This document shows, piece after piece, positions 20,451 through 30,365 of a stretch of DNA of 64,000 bases. A program made the position numbers and the translations under genes. How positions within the stretch are numbered: the stretch's first letter is position 1; every line of letters begins with the position of its first letter. Source of the DNA: Alphaproteobacteria bacterium (GTDB lineage: Bacteria; Pseudomonadota; Alphaproteobacteria; JBBDQX01); contig OZ271840.1 of assembly GCA_965601735.1 (NCBI GenBank), forward strand, positions 2,500,473 to 2,564,472, in the 5' to 3' direction. The notes beneath the pieces were generated by a model, which saw only the letters and a list, made by a program, of their open reading frames with translations, was not told the DNA's origin and made no database searches.

Positions 20451-21977
20451 ATGGCGCGCATCGCCGTTGGCGGCCTGCATCACGAGACCAACTGCTTCGT
20501 TTCGGGCCGCACCGACTACGCCTACTTCGCCATGCACCGGGACCGGCCGCCGCTGGTTCGTGACGCGGAGATTTTCGACTGGCTGCCGAACGCCAATTTC
20601 GGCCTGTCGGGCTTCATGGAACGGATCGGCAAGCACCATGAACTGGTGCCCACGGTTTGGACCAGCGGCGGGGCCGGGGCGCTGGTCTCGCGCGACGCGT
20701 TCGAGCGCATCGCCGGTGAGCTGGTCGGCACCCTGTCGCGGCGGCTGCCGGTGGACGCAGTCTATCTCGACCTGCACGGTGCGGGCTGCACCGAGGATTT
20801 CGAGGATATGGAGGGGGAGCTGCTGCGCCGGGTCCGCGCGGCCATCGGCCCCGATATCCCGCTGGTGATCAGCCTCGATTACCACGCGACGGTGACGCCG
20901 ATCATGGTCGAGCTGACCGACGCGCTGCTCGCCTATCACACCTATCCCCATGTCGACCGGCCGGGCACCGGCGAGCGGGCGGCGGATTCGCTGGAACGCA
21001 TCCTGCGCGATGGCCGGCCCAAGGGGCGCGCCATGCGCAAGATCCCCTTCCTGATTCCACTGACCTGGCAGTGCACCCAGGTCGATCCCTCGAAGATGAT
21101 CGTCGAGCGCACCAAGGCGGGGGTGGGCGGCGACATTCTGAGCTTCGCCTATCTCGCCGGCTTTCCACCATCGGACCTGTCCTGGTGCGGCCCCACGGTG
21201 ATCGCCCATGCCTACAGCCAGAACGCCGCGGAAGCGGCGGTCGCGGGCCTCGCCCATGAGATCGCGATGCAAGAGGCCAACTTCGAGGTGCCGGAATATG
21301 ACCCGGACACCGGGGTGAAGAAGGCCATGGAGATCGCCGCGTCGGCCTCGAAGCCGGTGACCATCTCCGACACCCAGGACAATCCCGGCGCCGGCGGCAC
21401 CGCCGATACCACCGGGGTACTGGAAGCCCTGGTGCGCAACGGGGCGGAGGGCGCGGTGCTTGGCCTGTTCTGCGACCCGGACGCGGCCGCCGCCGCCCAC
21501 GCGGCGGGGGAGGGAGCGACCGTCTCCCTCGCGCTCGGCGGTAAGCATGGGCCGGAGGGCGTCGTGCCCTACGAGGCGGACTTCACCGTCACCCGGCTTG
21601 GCGACGGCAAGTTCAAGACCACCGGGCCGAACCTCGGCGGGCGCAATATGGACCTCGGACCCATGGCGCTGCTGACCGTTGGCGGGGTGTCCATCGCGGT
21701 CACCAGCAAGCGCGGCCAGGCGGCGGATCAGGCGATGTTCCGCCATCTCGGCGTTGAGCCCGCGGAACAAAACATTCTGGCGCTCAAGAGCTCGGTGCAT
21801 TTCCGCGCCGACTTCCAGCCGATCTCCGAGGCGGTGATCGTGGTGCTGGCTCCAGGCGGGCATATCTCGGACGCCACCCAGTACCCTTACCGCCGGCTGC
21901 GGCGCGGGGTGCGGCTTGCGCCGCTGGGGCCGGAGCACCGGCCCGAGGTCGGCGTCGGCCACTATCCGTACGGTTGA
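20451..21977 (+). CDS. M81 family metallopeptidase (microcystinase C / MlrC-like), paralog 1
   Basis: MARIAVGGLHHETNCF N-terminus and an MlrC C-terminal domain. GGGAGGAG SD. Confidence 0.75.
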   Translation: MARIAVGGLHHETNCFVSGRTDYAYFAMHRDRPPLVRDAEIFDWLPNANFGLSGFMERIGKHHELVPTVWTSGGAGALVSRDAFERIAGELVGTLSRRLPVDAVYLDLHGAGCTEDFEDMEGELLRRVRAAIGPDIPLVISLDYHATVTPIMVELTDALLAYHTYPHVDRPGTGERAADSLERILRDGRPKGRAMRKIPFLIPLTWQCTQVDPSKMIVERTKAGVGGDILSFAYLAGFPPSDLSWCGPTVIAHAYSQNAAEAAVAGLAHEIAMQEANFEVPEYDPDTGVKKAMEIAASASKPVTISDTQDNPGAGGTADTTGVLEALVRNGAEGAVLGLFCDPDAAAAAHAAGEGATVSLALGGKHGPEGVVPYEADFTVTRLGDGKFKTTGPNLGGRNMDLGPMALLTVGGVSIAVTSKRGQAADQAMFRHLGVEPAEQNILALKSSVHFRADFQPISEAVIVVLAPGGHISDATQYPYRRLRRGVRLAPLGPEHRPEVGVGHYPYG

Positions 21978-21991
21978 GGGGAGGACCGGCC

Positions 21992-23497
21992 ATGGCACGA
22001 ATCGCCGTCGGCGGCATGCAGCACGAGACCAACAGCTTCATACCCGGAACCACCGATTACGACTATTTCGCCGAGCTGCGCGACCGCCCGCCGCTAGTGC
22101 GCGGCGACGATGTGGTGCCCTGGCTGACGGGCGCCAGCCTTGGCCTGTCCGGCTTCATCGACGAGATCGGCGACGATCATGAGCTGGTGCCGCTGGTCTG
22201 GGCCGGCGGCGGCGCGGGGGCGACCGTGTCCAGCGACGCCTTCGAGCGCATCGCCGGCGAGATTGTCGACGCCCTGTCGCGGCAGATGCCAGTGGACGCG
22301 GTCTATCTCGACCAGCATGGCGCGATGGTGACTGAGGATTTCGAGGACGGCGACGCCGAGCTGCTGCGCCGGGTGCGCGCCGTGGTCGGGCCCTATATCC
22401 CTGTGGTCGCGAGTCTCGACTACCACGCCAACGTCTCACCCGACATGGTCGCCCACGCGGACGCGCTGATCGCCTACCGCACCTATCCCCATGTGGACCG
22501 GCCCGAGACCGGCGCCCGCGCCGCGCGGGCGGTCCGGATGATGCTGGAACGGGGCATTCCCCAGGGCAAGGCGCTGCGGCAGTTGCCCTACCTTGTGACG
22601 TCCCATGCCCAGCCCACTGAGATGGAACCCAACAAGACGGTGATTGCCCTGTGCGACGCGGGCCAGAACGACACGGTTCTGAACCTCTCATATCTCAGCG
22701 GCTTCCGGCTGTCGGACACCTACGACTGCGGCATGTCGATCGTCGCCAATGCCTATACCCAGGAAGCAGCGGACGCTGCCGCCGACCGGGTCGCGCGTGT
22801 GTTGCTGGAGCGCGAGGCCGAGTTCGACGAGCCCATGTACGAACCCGACGAATGCGCCGCAAGAGCGATCGCCATTGCGTCAAAGGCATCCAAACCCGTG
22901 CTGATCTGCGACCCCCAGGACAATCCGGGTGGCGGCGGCAGCGGCGACACCACCGGCATGCTGGCCGCCCTGGTCAAGGCCGGTGCCGAGGGCGCCGTCG
23001 TCGGTCCGATGTTCGACGCCGAGGCCGCCGCGGCTGCGCACGAGGCGGGGCAGGGGGCCGTGATCGATATCGCCCTGGGCGGCAAGACCCGCTTTCCCGG
23101 GGTCGCGCCGTTTGAGGGATCGTTCACGGTCACGGCGCTGGGTGACGGGGCAATGACCACGACCGGCCCCGCGGTTGGCGGCCGCAAGGTGGACCTCGGC
23201 CCGATGGCCGCGCTGACCATCGGCGGGGTGACGGTGGTGCTGGTGTCCAAGCGGGTGCAGGGGCACGACCAGGCCTTCTTCCGCCATGTGGGCGTGGAGC
23301 CGAAGGACCAGAAGATCCTCGGCCTGAAGAGCGCGGTGCATTTCCGCGCCGATTTCGAACCGCTGGCCGAGACCGTGCTGGTGATCAAGGCGCCGGGCGG
23401 CTGTCCCGCCGATGCGACGGAACTGCCATACCGGCGGCTGAAACCGGGCATGCGCCTCGGGCCGCTTGGCCCGGAGCATCGCCCGGACGGCGTTTGA
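21992..23497 (+). CDS. M81 family metallopeptidase (MlrC-like), paralog 2
   Basis: Start MARIAVGGMQHETNSF at 21992 (ORF from 21974), with a GAGGGGAGG SD. About 60% identical to paralog 1. Confidence 0.75.
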   Translation: MARIAVGGMQHETNSFIPGTTDYDYFAELRDRPPLVRGDDVVPWLTGASLGLSGFIDEIGDDHELVPLVWAGGGAGATVSSDAFERIAGEIVDALSRQMPVDAVYLDQHGAMVTEDFEDGDAELLRRVRAVVGPYIPVVASLDYHANVSPDMVAHADALIAYRTYPHVDRPETGARAARAVRMMLERGIPQGKALRQLPYLVTSHAQPTEMEPNKTVIALCDAGQNDTVLNLSYLSGFRLSDTYDCGMSIVANAYTQEAADAAADRVARVLLEREAEFDEPMYEPDECAARAIAIASKASKPVLICDPQDNPGGGGSGDTTGMLAALVKAGAEGAVVGPMFDAEAAAAAHEAGQGAVIDIALGGKTRFPGVAPFEGSFTVTALGDGAMTTTGPAVGGRKVDLGPMAALTIGGVTVVLVSKRVQGHDQAFFRHVGVEPKDQKILGLKSAVHFRADFEPLAETVLVIKAPGGCPADATELPYRRLKPGMRLGPLGPEHRPDGV

Positions 23498-23506
23498 AGG
23501 GAGACT

Positions 23507-25339
23507 GTGATGCGGGTCGATCCCGACATCATGGTGACGACGCGCGACGGAGTGCGCCTCGCAACCGATGTCTACCGTCCGGAGGCCGGCGGGCCGTTTC
23601 CGGTGATCCTGGAGCGCACGCCCTATGGCAAGACCCAGGCGAGCCGTTCGGAGATCAGTCTCGCACGGCCCGAAGAGCCCTACACCCGGCCCGAGATCGC
23701 GGCCTATTTCGTCGAACAGGGCTACGCGGTGGTCTATCAGGATTGCCGTGGCCGGTTTGGCTCCGAGGGCGTCTTCACCAAGTATCTCGACGACGGGCCA
23801 GACGGTGCCGACTGCATTGACTGGATCAAGGCGCAGGACTGGTGCAACGGGCGGATCGGCATGATGGGCCTGTCCTACGCCGCCCACACTCAGGCAGCGG
23901 CAGCCTGCCTCAACCCGCCGGGTCTCTCATGCCTGTTCCTCGATTCCGGCGGGTTCTCCAACGCCTACCAGGGCGGCATCCGTCAGGGCGGCGCTTTCGA
24001 GCTGAAGCAGGCCACCTGGGCCTACAAGAACGCCTGCGACAGCCCCGAGGCGGCGGACCCGGTGGTGCGCGCCGCGCTCGAAGCCCAGGACATGCGCGAC
24101 TGGTTCACCCGCATGCCCTGGCGCACCGGCCATTCGCCGGTCGCCGCCGTGCCGGAATACGAGGACTACCTGCTCGACCAGTGGCGTCACGGCACCTTCG
24201 ATGACTATTGGCGTCAGGTCGGCATCTACGCGGCGGGCTACTACGACGACTTCAGCGATGTGCCGATGGTGCATATGTCGAGCTGGTACGACGCCTATCC
24301 GCGCACCGCGACGGAGAACTATGTCGGGCTAAAGGCGCGCAAAAAGGGGCCGGTGCGCCTCATCATGGGGCCTTGGACCCATGGGGATCGGTCCCAGCGC
24401 ATCTTTGGCGACGTGGACTTCGGTGACGCCGCGCCGCTGGACGGACAACTCGCCGAGGACCACCGGGCGCTCCGGCTGCGCTGGTTCGACCGCTGGCTGC
24501 GGGACATCGACAATGCGGTCGATGCCGAAGCCCCGGTGCGCCTGTTCGTGATGGGCGGCGGGTCGGGGACGAAGACGGCTGACGGCAAGCTCGACCATGG
24601 CGGGCGCTGGCGCGACGCGGCGGACTGGCCGCTGCCCGAGACCGCCTACACCAACTATTACCTGCATGCCGATGGCGGGCTTCGCACCGACGCGCCGGAC
24701 GCGGACGAGTCCGCCCTGACCTATGACTACGACCCGCGCCACCCGGTGCCGACCATCGGCGGGACGCTGACCTCGGGTGCGCCGGTGATGGTCGGCGGCG
24801 CCTTCGATCAGCGCGAGGATGCGCGCTTCTTCGGCTGCACGCCGCCCTACCTGCCGCTGGCCAGCCGCCCGGATGTGCTTGCGTTCCAGACCGAGCCGCT
24901 GGCCGGGGACGTTGAGGTGACGGGGCCGATCACGGTGAAGCTGTGGGTCGCCTCGGATTGCCCCGACACCGACTTCACCATGAAGCTGATCGACGTCTAC
25001 CCGCCGTCCGAGGACTGGCCCGCCGGCTTCGCCATGAACATCACCGATGGTATCCAGCGCTGCCGCTACCGCGATTCATGGTCCGAGCCCACCCTGATGG
25101 AGCCCGGCAGGGTCTACGAGGTCAGCGTCGAACCGTTCCCCACCAGCAACCTGTTCAAGGCAGGGCATCGCATCCGGCTCGACATCTCCAGCAGCAACTT
25201 TCCGCATTTCGACGTCAATCCGAATACCGGGGAGCCCGAGGGCACGTCCCGGCGCACGCGGATCGCGGCGAACACGGTGTTTATGGACAAGGCCCGCCCG
25301 TCCCATGTGGTGCTGCCGGTCATTCCGGCGGGCGGCTGA
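23507..25339 (+). CDS. CocE/NonD family (peptidase S15, X-Pro dipeptidyl-peptidase-like) alpha/beta hydrolase
   Basis: GLSYAAH nucleophile elbow, about 610 aa, with an S15 C-terminal beta-sandwich domain. Confidence 0.8.
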   Translation: MMRVDPDIMVTTRDGVRLATDVYRPEAGGPFPVILERTPYGKTQASRSEISLARPEEPYTRPEIAAYFVEQGYAVVYQDCRGRFGSEGVFTKYLDDGPDGADCIDWIKAQDWCNGRIGMMGLSYAAHTQAAAACLNPPGLSCLFLDSGGFSNAYQGGIRQGGAFELKQATWAYKNACDSPEAADPVVRAALEAQDMRDWFTRMPWRTGHSPVAAVPEYEDYLLDQWRHGTFDDYWRQVGIYAAGYYDDFSDVPMVHMSSWYDAYPRTATENYVGLKARKKGPVRLIMGPWTHGDRSQRIFGDVDFGDAAPLDGQLAEDHRALRLRWFDRWLRDIDNAVDAEAPVRLFVMGGGSGTKTADGKLDHGGRWRDAADWPLPETAYTNYYLHADGGLRTDAPDADESALTYDYDPRHPVPTIGGTLTSGAPVMVGGAFDQREDARFFGCTPPYLPLASRPDVLAFQTEPLAGDVEVTGPITVKLWVASDCPDTDFTMKLIDVYPPSEDWPAGFAMNITDGIQRCRYRDSWSEPTLMEPGRVYEVSVEPFPTSNLFKAGHRIRLDISSSNFPHFDVNPNTGEPEGTSRRTRIAANTVFMDKARPSHVVLPVIPAGG

Positions 25340-25341
25340 CG

Positions 25342-26685
25342 TCAGTCTGGCTGCGGGTCGTAATCGCTGACGACGGTGTAGACCTCGGTCGGTGCGGCGC
25401 GGCCGCGCACGGTGATCTCACCAATATGGCGGAAGGTGAAGTCCTCGCCTGCCGTCTCCATCGTCCGGTCGGTCACCAGGATGTAGGTGCCGTGCTCCTT
25501 GTTCAGCGCCTCGAGCCGCGCCGCCACGTTCACGTCATCGCCATGCACGGTGTAGAGCAGCCGATCCTCGGCCCCGACCGCGCCGGCGACGATGTCGCCG
25601 GTGTTCACGCCGCAGCGGGTGCGCAGTTTGATGCCGCCGGCGAATGTGGTTTCGGCGCAGACTTTCTGCAGGTCCAGCGCCGTGCGCACCGCGTTGGCGG
25701 CGTGGTCCGGGTCCGGCTCGGTGGTGTTGAAGGTGATCAGCATGGCGTCGCCCTGGAACTGGGTGATGACGCCGCCATAGCGGTCGATCACCGGGGAGAC
25801 CGCGCGGAAATAGTCGTTCAGCATTGCCACCAGGCCCTGCGGCGTCAGCCGCTCTGACACGGTGGAGAAGCCTTCAAGGTCGGTGAAAAGCACCGTGGCC
25901 TGCACCACCTCGCCGTCGCCGGGCTTCATCTCCTTGTCGGCGTGGGTGATGCGGTCCGCCAGTTCCGGCGACACGAAGCGCGACAGGTCGCGCGCCGCGA
26001 TGCCGTCGAACACCGAGCGCGTCAGCAGCCGCTGGGCCCGGATGATCGCCACCGCCAGTACCGCAGTGACCAGCAGGATGGAGATCACCTTGTCGATCTC
26101 CGCCCCGATCAGCACCGAATTGGTGGTCAGGTACTGCACATAGTCGCGGGTGATGACGTCGATGATCGCGTCATTGTGTGCCAGCGCGTAGCCCAGCATG
26201 CAAAGCCAGCCGAACGCCGCGGTCAGGCCCGCCAGCAGGACGTAACGTGCGTCGAATCGCAGCGCGCGCAGGGCGATAAAGATGAAGACGTAAAGCAGGG
26301 TCGGCGCCTTCAGGTAGAACGGCGCGGGCTGCTCATATTGCAGATGAAAGCTCCAGATCAGCACCATCAGCAGGGCGATGTCGGCGACTACCGAGCCGAA
26401 CACCAGCCAGATCGGCATCATGTCCTTGTAGGCCAGCGCGAGCCGCAGGATCGTGAACAGCATGTACAGGCCGAGCGCCCAGGGCACCGTCTGGAACATG
26501 GTGTCCTGGCTGGTCTTTGGCGCGATCGTGTAGAGCAGGATGAAAAAGGCGACGAGGGTGAACTGCACCCAGGCGATCAGGATTTCGCTCTGCGCCTGCT
26601 GTTCGGCGATGACCGCGCGCATGCGTTCGGGCAGCGCGTCATCAGGGCGCTTGCCGAACAGGAAATTGCCGAGGGATTCGAACAT
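25342..26685 (-). CDS. Membrane-anchored class III adenylate/guanylate cyclase
   Basis: An N-terminal multi-TM region, then a CYCc catalytic domain (FTDLEGFS...GDAML...GVNTGD). Confidence 0.8.
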   Translation of the reverse strand: MFESLGNFLFGKRPDDALPERMRAVIAEQQAQSEILIAWVQFTLVAFFILLYTIAPKTSQDTMFQTVPWALGLYMLFTILRLALAYKDMMPIWLVFGSVVADIALLMVLIWSFHLQYEQPAPFYLKAPTLLYVFIFIALRALRFDARYVLLAGLTAAFGWLCMLGYALAHNDAIIDVITRDYVQYLTTNSVLIGAEIDKVISILLVTAVLAVAIIRAQRLLTRSVFDGIAARDLSRFVSPELADRITHADKEMKPGDGEVVQATVLFTDLEGFSTVSERLTPQGLVAMLNDYFRAVSPVIDRYGGVITQFQGDAMLITFNTTEPDPDHAANAVRTALDLQKVCAETTFAGGIKLRTRCGVNTGDIVAGAVGAEDRLLYTVHGDDVNVAARLEALNKEHGTYILVTDRTMETAGEDFTFRHIGEITVRGRAAPTEVYTVVSDYDPQPD

Positions 26686-26726
26686 CGAAGGACCGTGCCG
26701 TAGATCGCCGGCCCTGGGAAGCCGGT

Positions 26727-26750
26727 GGCGGGATGATAATCCATCCCGCC
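26727..26750. other. Perfect 9-bp-stem hairpin (GGCGGGATG-ATAATC-CATCCCGCC) between the hydratase and cyclase genes
   Basis: Inverted repeat in the 93-bp gap. No U-run follows on the transcribed strand. Confidence 0.35.
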
Positions 26751-26778
26751 CTCACGGCCTGTTCACATTTGCGCGCGC

Positions 26779-27579
26779 CTAGCGGCCCTTCCAGACCGGC
26801 TTGCGCTTCTCCATGAAGGCGGTGCGGCCTTCGGTGTAGTCCTCGCTATCGAAGCACTGGCGCGATAGTTCGCCGATGCGGTCGTAGTCGCGGTCGGCCA
26901 GGTCCTTCACCGTCTGGTCGATGGTGAACTTGGACGCCAGGATCGACAGCGGCGCGTTGTCGACGATGGCGTCGCAAACCTCGCGCACCGCGGCTTCCAG
27001 GCCGTCGGACGTGGTCACCCGGTTGATCAGGCCCATCTCGTAGGCCTCCTGGGCCGGGACCCGGCGTGCGGTGAACAGGATGTCCTTGGCGCGGGAGGAG
27101 CCGACCAGCTGCACCAGCTTGCTGAGGTTGTCGAAGCCGTAGGCGATCGACAGGCGCGCGGCCGGAATGCCGAGCTTGGCGTCATCAGAGGCGATGCGCA
27201 TGTCGGCGGCCATGGCGATGCCCAGCCCGCCGCCGAGGCAGTAGCCCCGGATCATGGCGATCAGCGGCTTCTCGATGGTCTCCAGCAGGGTCTTGCCCTC
27301 CTCGGAGATCTTCGCGTAGTTGGCCGCCGCTTCGGCGTTGGCCCGCTGGTCCTTGAACTGGGAGATGTCGGCGCCGGACACGAAGGCCTTGTCGCCGGTG
27401 CCCTTCATCACGATGACCCGGACCTCGGGATCGTTGGCGAAGTCGGTGAGGATCTCGGTTACGCCTTCCCACATCTCCAGCGACATGGCGTTGCGGCGTT
27501 CCGGGTTGTTGAAGGTCATCCAGCCGATGCCGCCTTCCTTCTCGGCGATCATCTTCTCGGTGCTCAGCTTCTTCAGCAT
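26779..27579 (-). CDS. Enoyl-CoA hydratase/isomerase (crotonase) family protein
   Basis: Crotonase fold motifs (VSGADI, GGGLGIAMAAD). Confidence 0.85.
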   Translation of the reverse strand: MLKKLSTEKMIAEKEGGIGWMTFNNPERRNAMSLEMWEGVTEILTDFANDPEVRVIVMKGTGDKAFVSGADISQFKDQRANAEAAANYAKISEEGKTLLETIEKPLIAMIRGYCLGGGLGIAMAADMRIASDDAKLGIPAARLSIAYGFDNLSKLVQLVGSSRAKDILFTARRVPAQEAYEMGLINRVTTSDGLEAAVREVCDAIVDNAPLSILASKFTIDQTVKDLADRDYDRIGELSRQCFDSEDYTEGRTAFMEKRKPVWKGR

Positions 27580-27609
27580 GTTGCTGTTCCTTCTCGGATT
27601 AGGTGGGGG

Positions 27610-28800
27610 TCAGACCGCGCCCTTATCGTGCATGGCGGCGATCGACGCGTCGTCGTAGCCCAGCTCGCGCAGGATCTCGTCGGTGTGCTCGCCGAGTTCC
27701 GGGGTCGGCAGGCGCATCTCCGTAGTCTGGCCGGTGCGGTCCAGCTTGACCGCCTGGCCGACCACCTTCACGTCACCCATGGTCTTGTGGTGGGTCACCG
27801 GGTCCATGTTCAGAGTCTGCACTTGGGGGTCGCCCCAGGTCTCGTCCATGGAATAGATCGGCCCGCAGGGCACGCCGGCCTTTTCCATGATGTCGATCCA
27901 CTCCTGCTTGCCCTTCTTGACCGTCTGCGCCTCGATATCGGCGTTGAGCTGGTCGCGGTTGGCGAGGCGGGCGGCCTCATCGGCGTATTCGGGCTTGTCG
28001 TAGATCTCCGGCGCACCGATGCCCTCGCACAGGCGCTTGAACAGGTGGTCCGAGCCGGCCTGGATGTTGATGGCGCCATCCGAGGTCTGGAAAACGCCGG
28101 TCGGCACGTTGGTCGGATGGTTGTTACCCTGCTGCTCGGGGACGTCCTTGTCCTTCAGGTAGCGGGCGGCCTGGAAGTCCATCATCTGGATCATGGCTTC
28201 CAGCAGCGAGGTGTGGACCCACTGGCCCTTGCCGGAAATCTCACGCTCCAGCAGGGCGATCAGGATGCCCTGGGCGAGGAACATACCGCCGGTCAGGTCG
28301 GCGACAGGAATGCCCACGCGCACCGGGCCATTGCCCGGCAGGCCGGTCACCGACATCAGCCCGCCCAGGCCCTGGGCGATCTGGTCAAGACCGGGACGCC
28401 CTGCATAGGGGCCTTCCTGGCCAAAACCAGACAGGCTGCCGTAGATAATGCGCGGATTGACCTTGGCGCAGGCCTCATAGTCAATGCCGAGGCGGTGCTT
28501 TACGCCGGGGCGGAAATTCTCGACCACCACGTCCGCATCCTCGACCAGCTTGAAGAACACCTCCTTGGCGGCGTCGTCCTTCAGGTTCAGCGTCAGGCTG
28601 CGCTTGTTGCGGTGCAGGTTGTTGAAGTCGAACCCATGCCGCGCGCCCGACACATCGGACTGGGACATCGTCGGCGGGGCCTCGATCTTGATGGTCTCGG
28701 CACCCCAATCGGCCAGCTGCTTGACGCAGGTGGGTCCGGCGCGTGCACGGCAGAGATCAATGACCTTGAAGCGGGACAACGGCAGGGGGCTGGCCACCAC
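27610..28800 (-). CDS. Family III CoA-transferase (CaiB/BaiF; formyl-CoA / dicarboxylate-CoA transferase-like)
   Basis: Conserved LSRFKVIDL N-terminus and CoA_transf_3 sequence. The six-frame ORF begins at a TTG at 28821. I prefer a GTG at 28800 or 28797, but the start is uncertain. Confidence 0.75.
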   Translation of the reverse strand: MVASPLPLSRFKVIDLCRARAGPTCVKQLADWGAETIKIEAPPTMSQSDVSGARHGFDFNNLHRNKRSLTLNLKDDAAKEVFFKLVEDADVVVENFRPGVKHRLGIDYEACAKVNPRIIYGSLSGFGQEGPYAGRPGLDQIAQGLGGLMSVTGLPGNGPVRVGIPVADLTGGMFLAQGILIALLEREISGKGQWVHTSLLEAMIQMMDFQAARYLKDKDVPEQQGNNHPTNVPTGVFQTSDGAINIQAGSDHLFKRLCEGIGAPEIYDKPEYADEAARLANRDQLNADIEAQTVKKGKQEWIDIMEKAGVPCGPIYSMDETWGDPQVQTLNMDPVTHHKTMGDVKVVGQAVKLDRTGQTTEMRLPTPELGEHTDEILRELGYDDASIAAMHDKGAV

Positions 28801-28888
28801 GGGCGGTCTCCATAAATGCAATTTCGCGAGCGGAAATGACGCCTCTGAAGCGCAGGGCGTGTCCGTCTGGGGCCAACTGACCGGATAA

Positions 28889-28900
28889 CGGATCGATCCG
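28889..28900. promoter_or_regulatory. Perfect 12-bp palindrome CGGATCGATCCG in the divergent CoA-transferase-operon / tfoX-N promoter region
   Basis: Self-complementary 12-mer preceded by a CCGGATAA direct half-repeat, 75-90 bp upstream of both divergent starts. Confidence 0.3.
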
Positions 28901-28978
28901 CAGCCGTTTCTTAAGCAACAATGGGGGCGGCGTCAAACCGCGCGGTCATGGCGCCGGACTGCAAAAGGGGCGGAAACC

Positions 28979-29320
28979 ATGCCCAATTCACATGAATTCG
29001 TCGCGCATCTCTTGGATTCGCTCGAACCGCTGGGGGGTGTTTCGGCGCGGCGTATGTTTGGCGGCCACGGCCTGTTCCGCGACGGGCTGATGTTCGCGCT
29101 GCTGGCGAACGACGCGCTGTACTTCAAGGTGGACGCAGAAACCCAGCCGGCATACGAGGCGGCGGGCAGCGCGCCGTTCACCTACCGGCGCGCGGGCAAG
29201 CCGGCACGGCTGGTGTCCTACTGGCGGGCGCGCGAGGAAGCGCTCGATGATCCCGACGCGCTGTGCGACGCGGGCCGCCAGGCTTTCGAAGCAGCGCTCC
29301 GGGTGCGCCGCAAGGGCTAA
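28979..29320 (+). CDS. TfoX N-terminal domain protein
   Basis: RRMFGGHGLFRDGLMFALLANDALYFKVD is a TfoX_N signature. Confidence 0.75.
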   Translation: MPNSHEFVAHLLDSLEPLGGVSARRMFGGHGLFRDGLMFALLANDALYFKVDAETQPAYEAAGSAPFTYRRAGKPARLVSYWRAREEALDDPDALCDAGRQAFEAALRVRRKG

Positions 29321-29328
29321 GTGTCGCC

Positions 29329-29502
29329 CTAAACGATGTCGTCGAGGTCGACCAGCAACATGTCGTCGAGGCTGTAGTCTCCAGCCATCTCGTCGACATA
29401 GCGCGTGGCCGCGTCGCACTGGGCGCCATGGGCGATCAGCGCATCGATATCGAAGGTCTCGTCGTCGCGGAAGTCGTTCGGGCCGTGGAATCGGTTCGAC
29501 AT
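29329..29502 (-). CDS. Small acidic hypothetical protein (57 aa)
   Basis: ORF 29329..29544 with Met at 29502 (MSNRFHGPNDFRDDE...). No recognisable family and a weak RBS. Confidence 0.3.
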   Translation of the reverse strand: MSNRFHGPNDFRDDETFDIDALIAHGAQCDAATRYVDEMAGDYSLDDMLLVDLDDIV

Positions 29503-29615
29503 GGTCACAATCCCTGAGCAGTGAAGCATTGGCTCCTTTCTCACCCACCCTCAGCGTAGGTGCCCAAACCTTGCCAATCGGTTAATAAGAACCGCGCATT
29601 CGATAAGGGGAAAAA

Positions 29616-30362
29616 ATGGTTCGAACGGCGATTGCCAGCCATCGGGGCGGGGCGGGCACCTGGCCCGAAAACAGCATCACGGCCTTCCGCAAAACCGCAT
29701 CGCTGGACCTGGAGTTCGTCGAGTTCGACCTGCACCCGTCGCGCGACGGGGAACTGGTGGTGCATCACGACCCGGTGCTGGAGCGGACGACGTCCGGCAC
29801 TGGCGCGGTCCGCGATCTGGACTGGGCCGATCTGGCGAGGCTGACCGTCAACGGCAGCGACGGTGAGCCGATTCCCCGGCTGGCGGACGTGGTGGCGATC
29901 TTCGCCGACACCCCGATCCGCCTGCGCGTCGAGATCAAGCCCGACCCCGCGCGGCGGCCCTATCCCGGTTTCGAAGCCCAGGTCGCGGATGCCCTGGCGG
30001 GCCATGGGGTCCTGGAAAACGCTACGGTTTCGTCCTTCGCCATCGATATCCTCGACCGTTTCCGCCGGCACGGCACGGCGGAGAACCTGGTCTGGCTGAT
30101 CCACACCCGGGTGCTGGCCAGCCTGGGCGGCATCGCGCCTCTGGCCGCGGTTGCGCGCGAGCACGGGGTGTCTGAACTGGCGATCCGCGCCGATGACCTG
30201 GACGCGGACCGGATGGCAGAGGGCCGCGACGCCGGCGTCGCCATCGGCGCATTTCACGCCAACACCGAAGCGCAGATCACCAAGGTCCTCGACCTGGGCG
30301 TTACCGCGTTTACGTCGGATTACCCCGAATGCGCCATCGCCTTGCGCGCGGCCCGCGGCTAG
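29616..30362 (+). CDS. Glycerophosphodiester phosphodiesterase (GDPD family)
   Basis: HRGG...PENS...EFDLH...E.K motif series. AAGGGGAAAAA RBS. Confidence 0.85.
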   Translation: MVRTAIASHRGGAGTWPENSITAFRKTASLDLEFVEFDLHPSRDGELVVHHDPVLERTTSGTGAVRDLDWADLARLTVNGSDGEPIPRLADVVAIFADTPIRLRVEIKPDPARRPYPGFEAQVADALAGHGVLENATVSSFAIDILDRFRRHGTAENLVWLIHTRVLASLGGIAPLAAVAREHGVSELAIRADDLDADRMAEGRDAGVAIGAFHANTEAQITKVLDLGVTAFTSDYPECAIALRAARG

Positions 30363-30365
30363 GCC

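Noticed and set aside
27628-28815. 395-aa plus-strand ORF, with similar ORFs 29541..31049 (-), 34359..35309 (-), 36366..37391 (+), 48358..49986 (-), 50838..51629 (-), 53437..54534 (-), 56626..57801 (+), 60538..61299 (-) and 61717..62580 (+)
   Set aside because: All lie fully inside, and opposite to, genes with clear family signatures. Their compositions are GC-bias artefacts.
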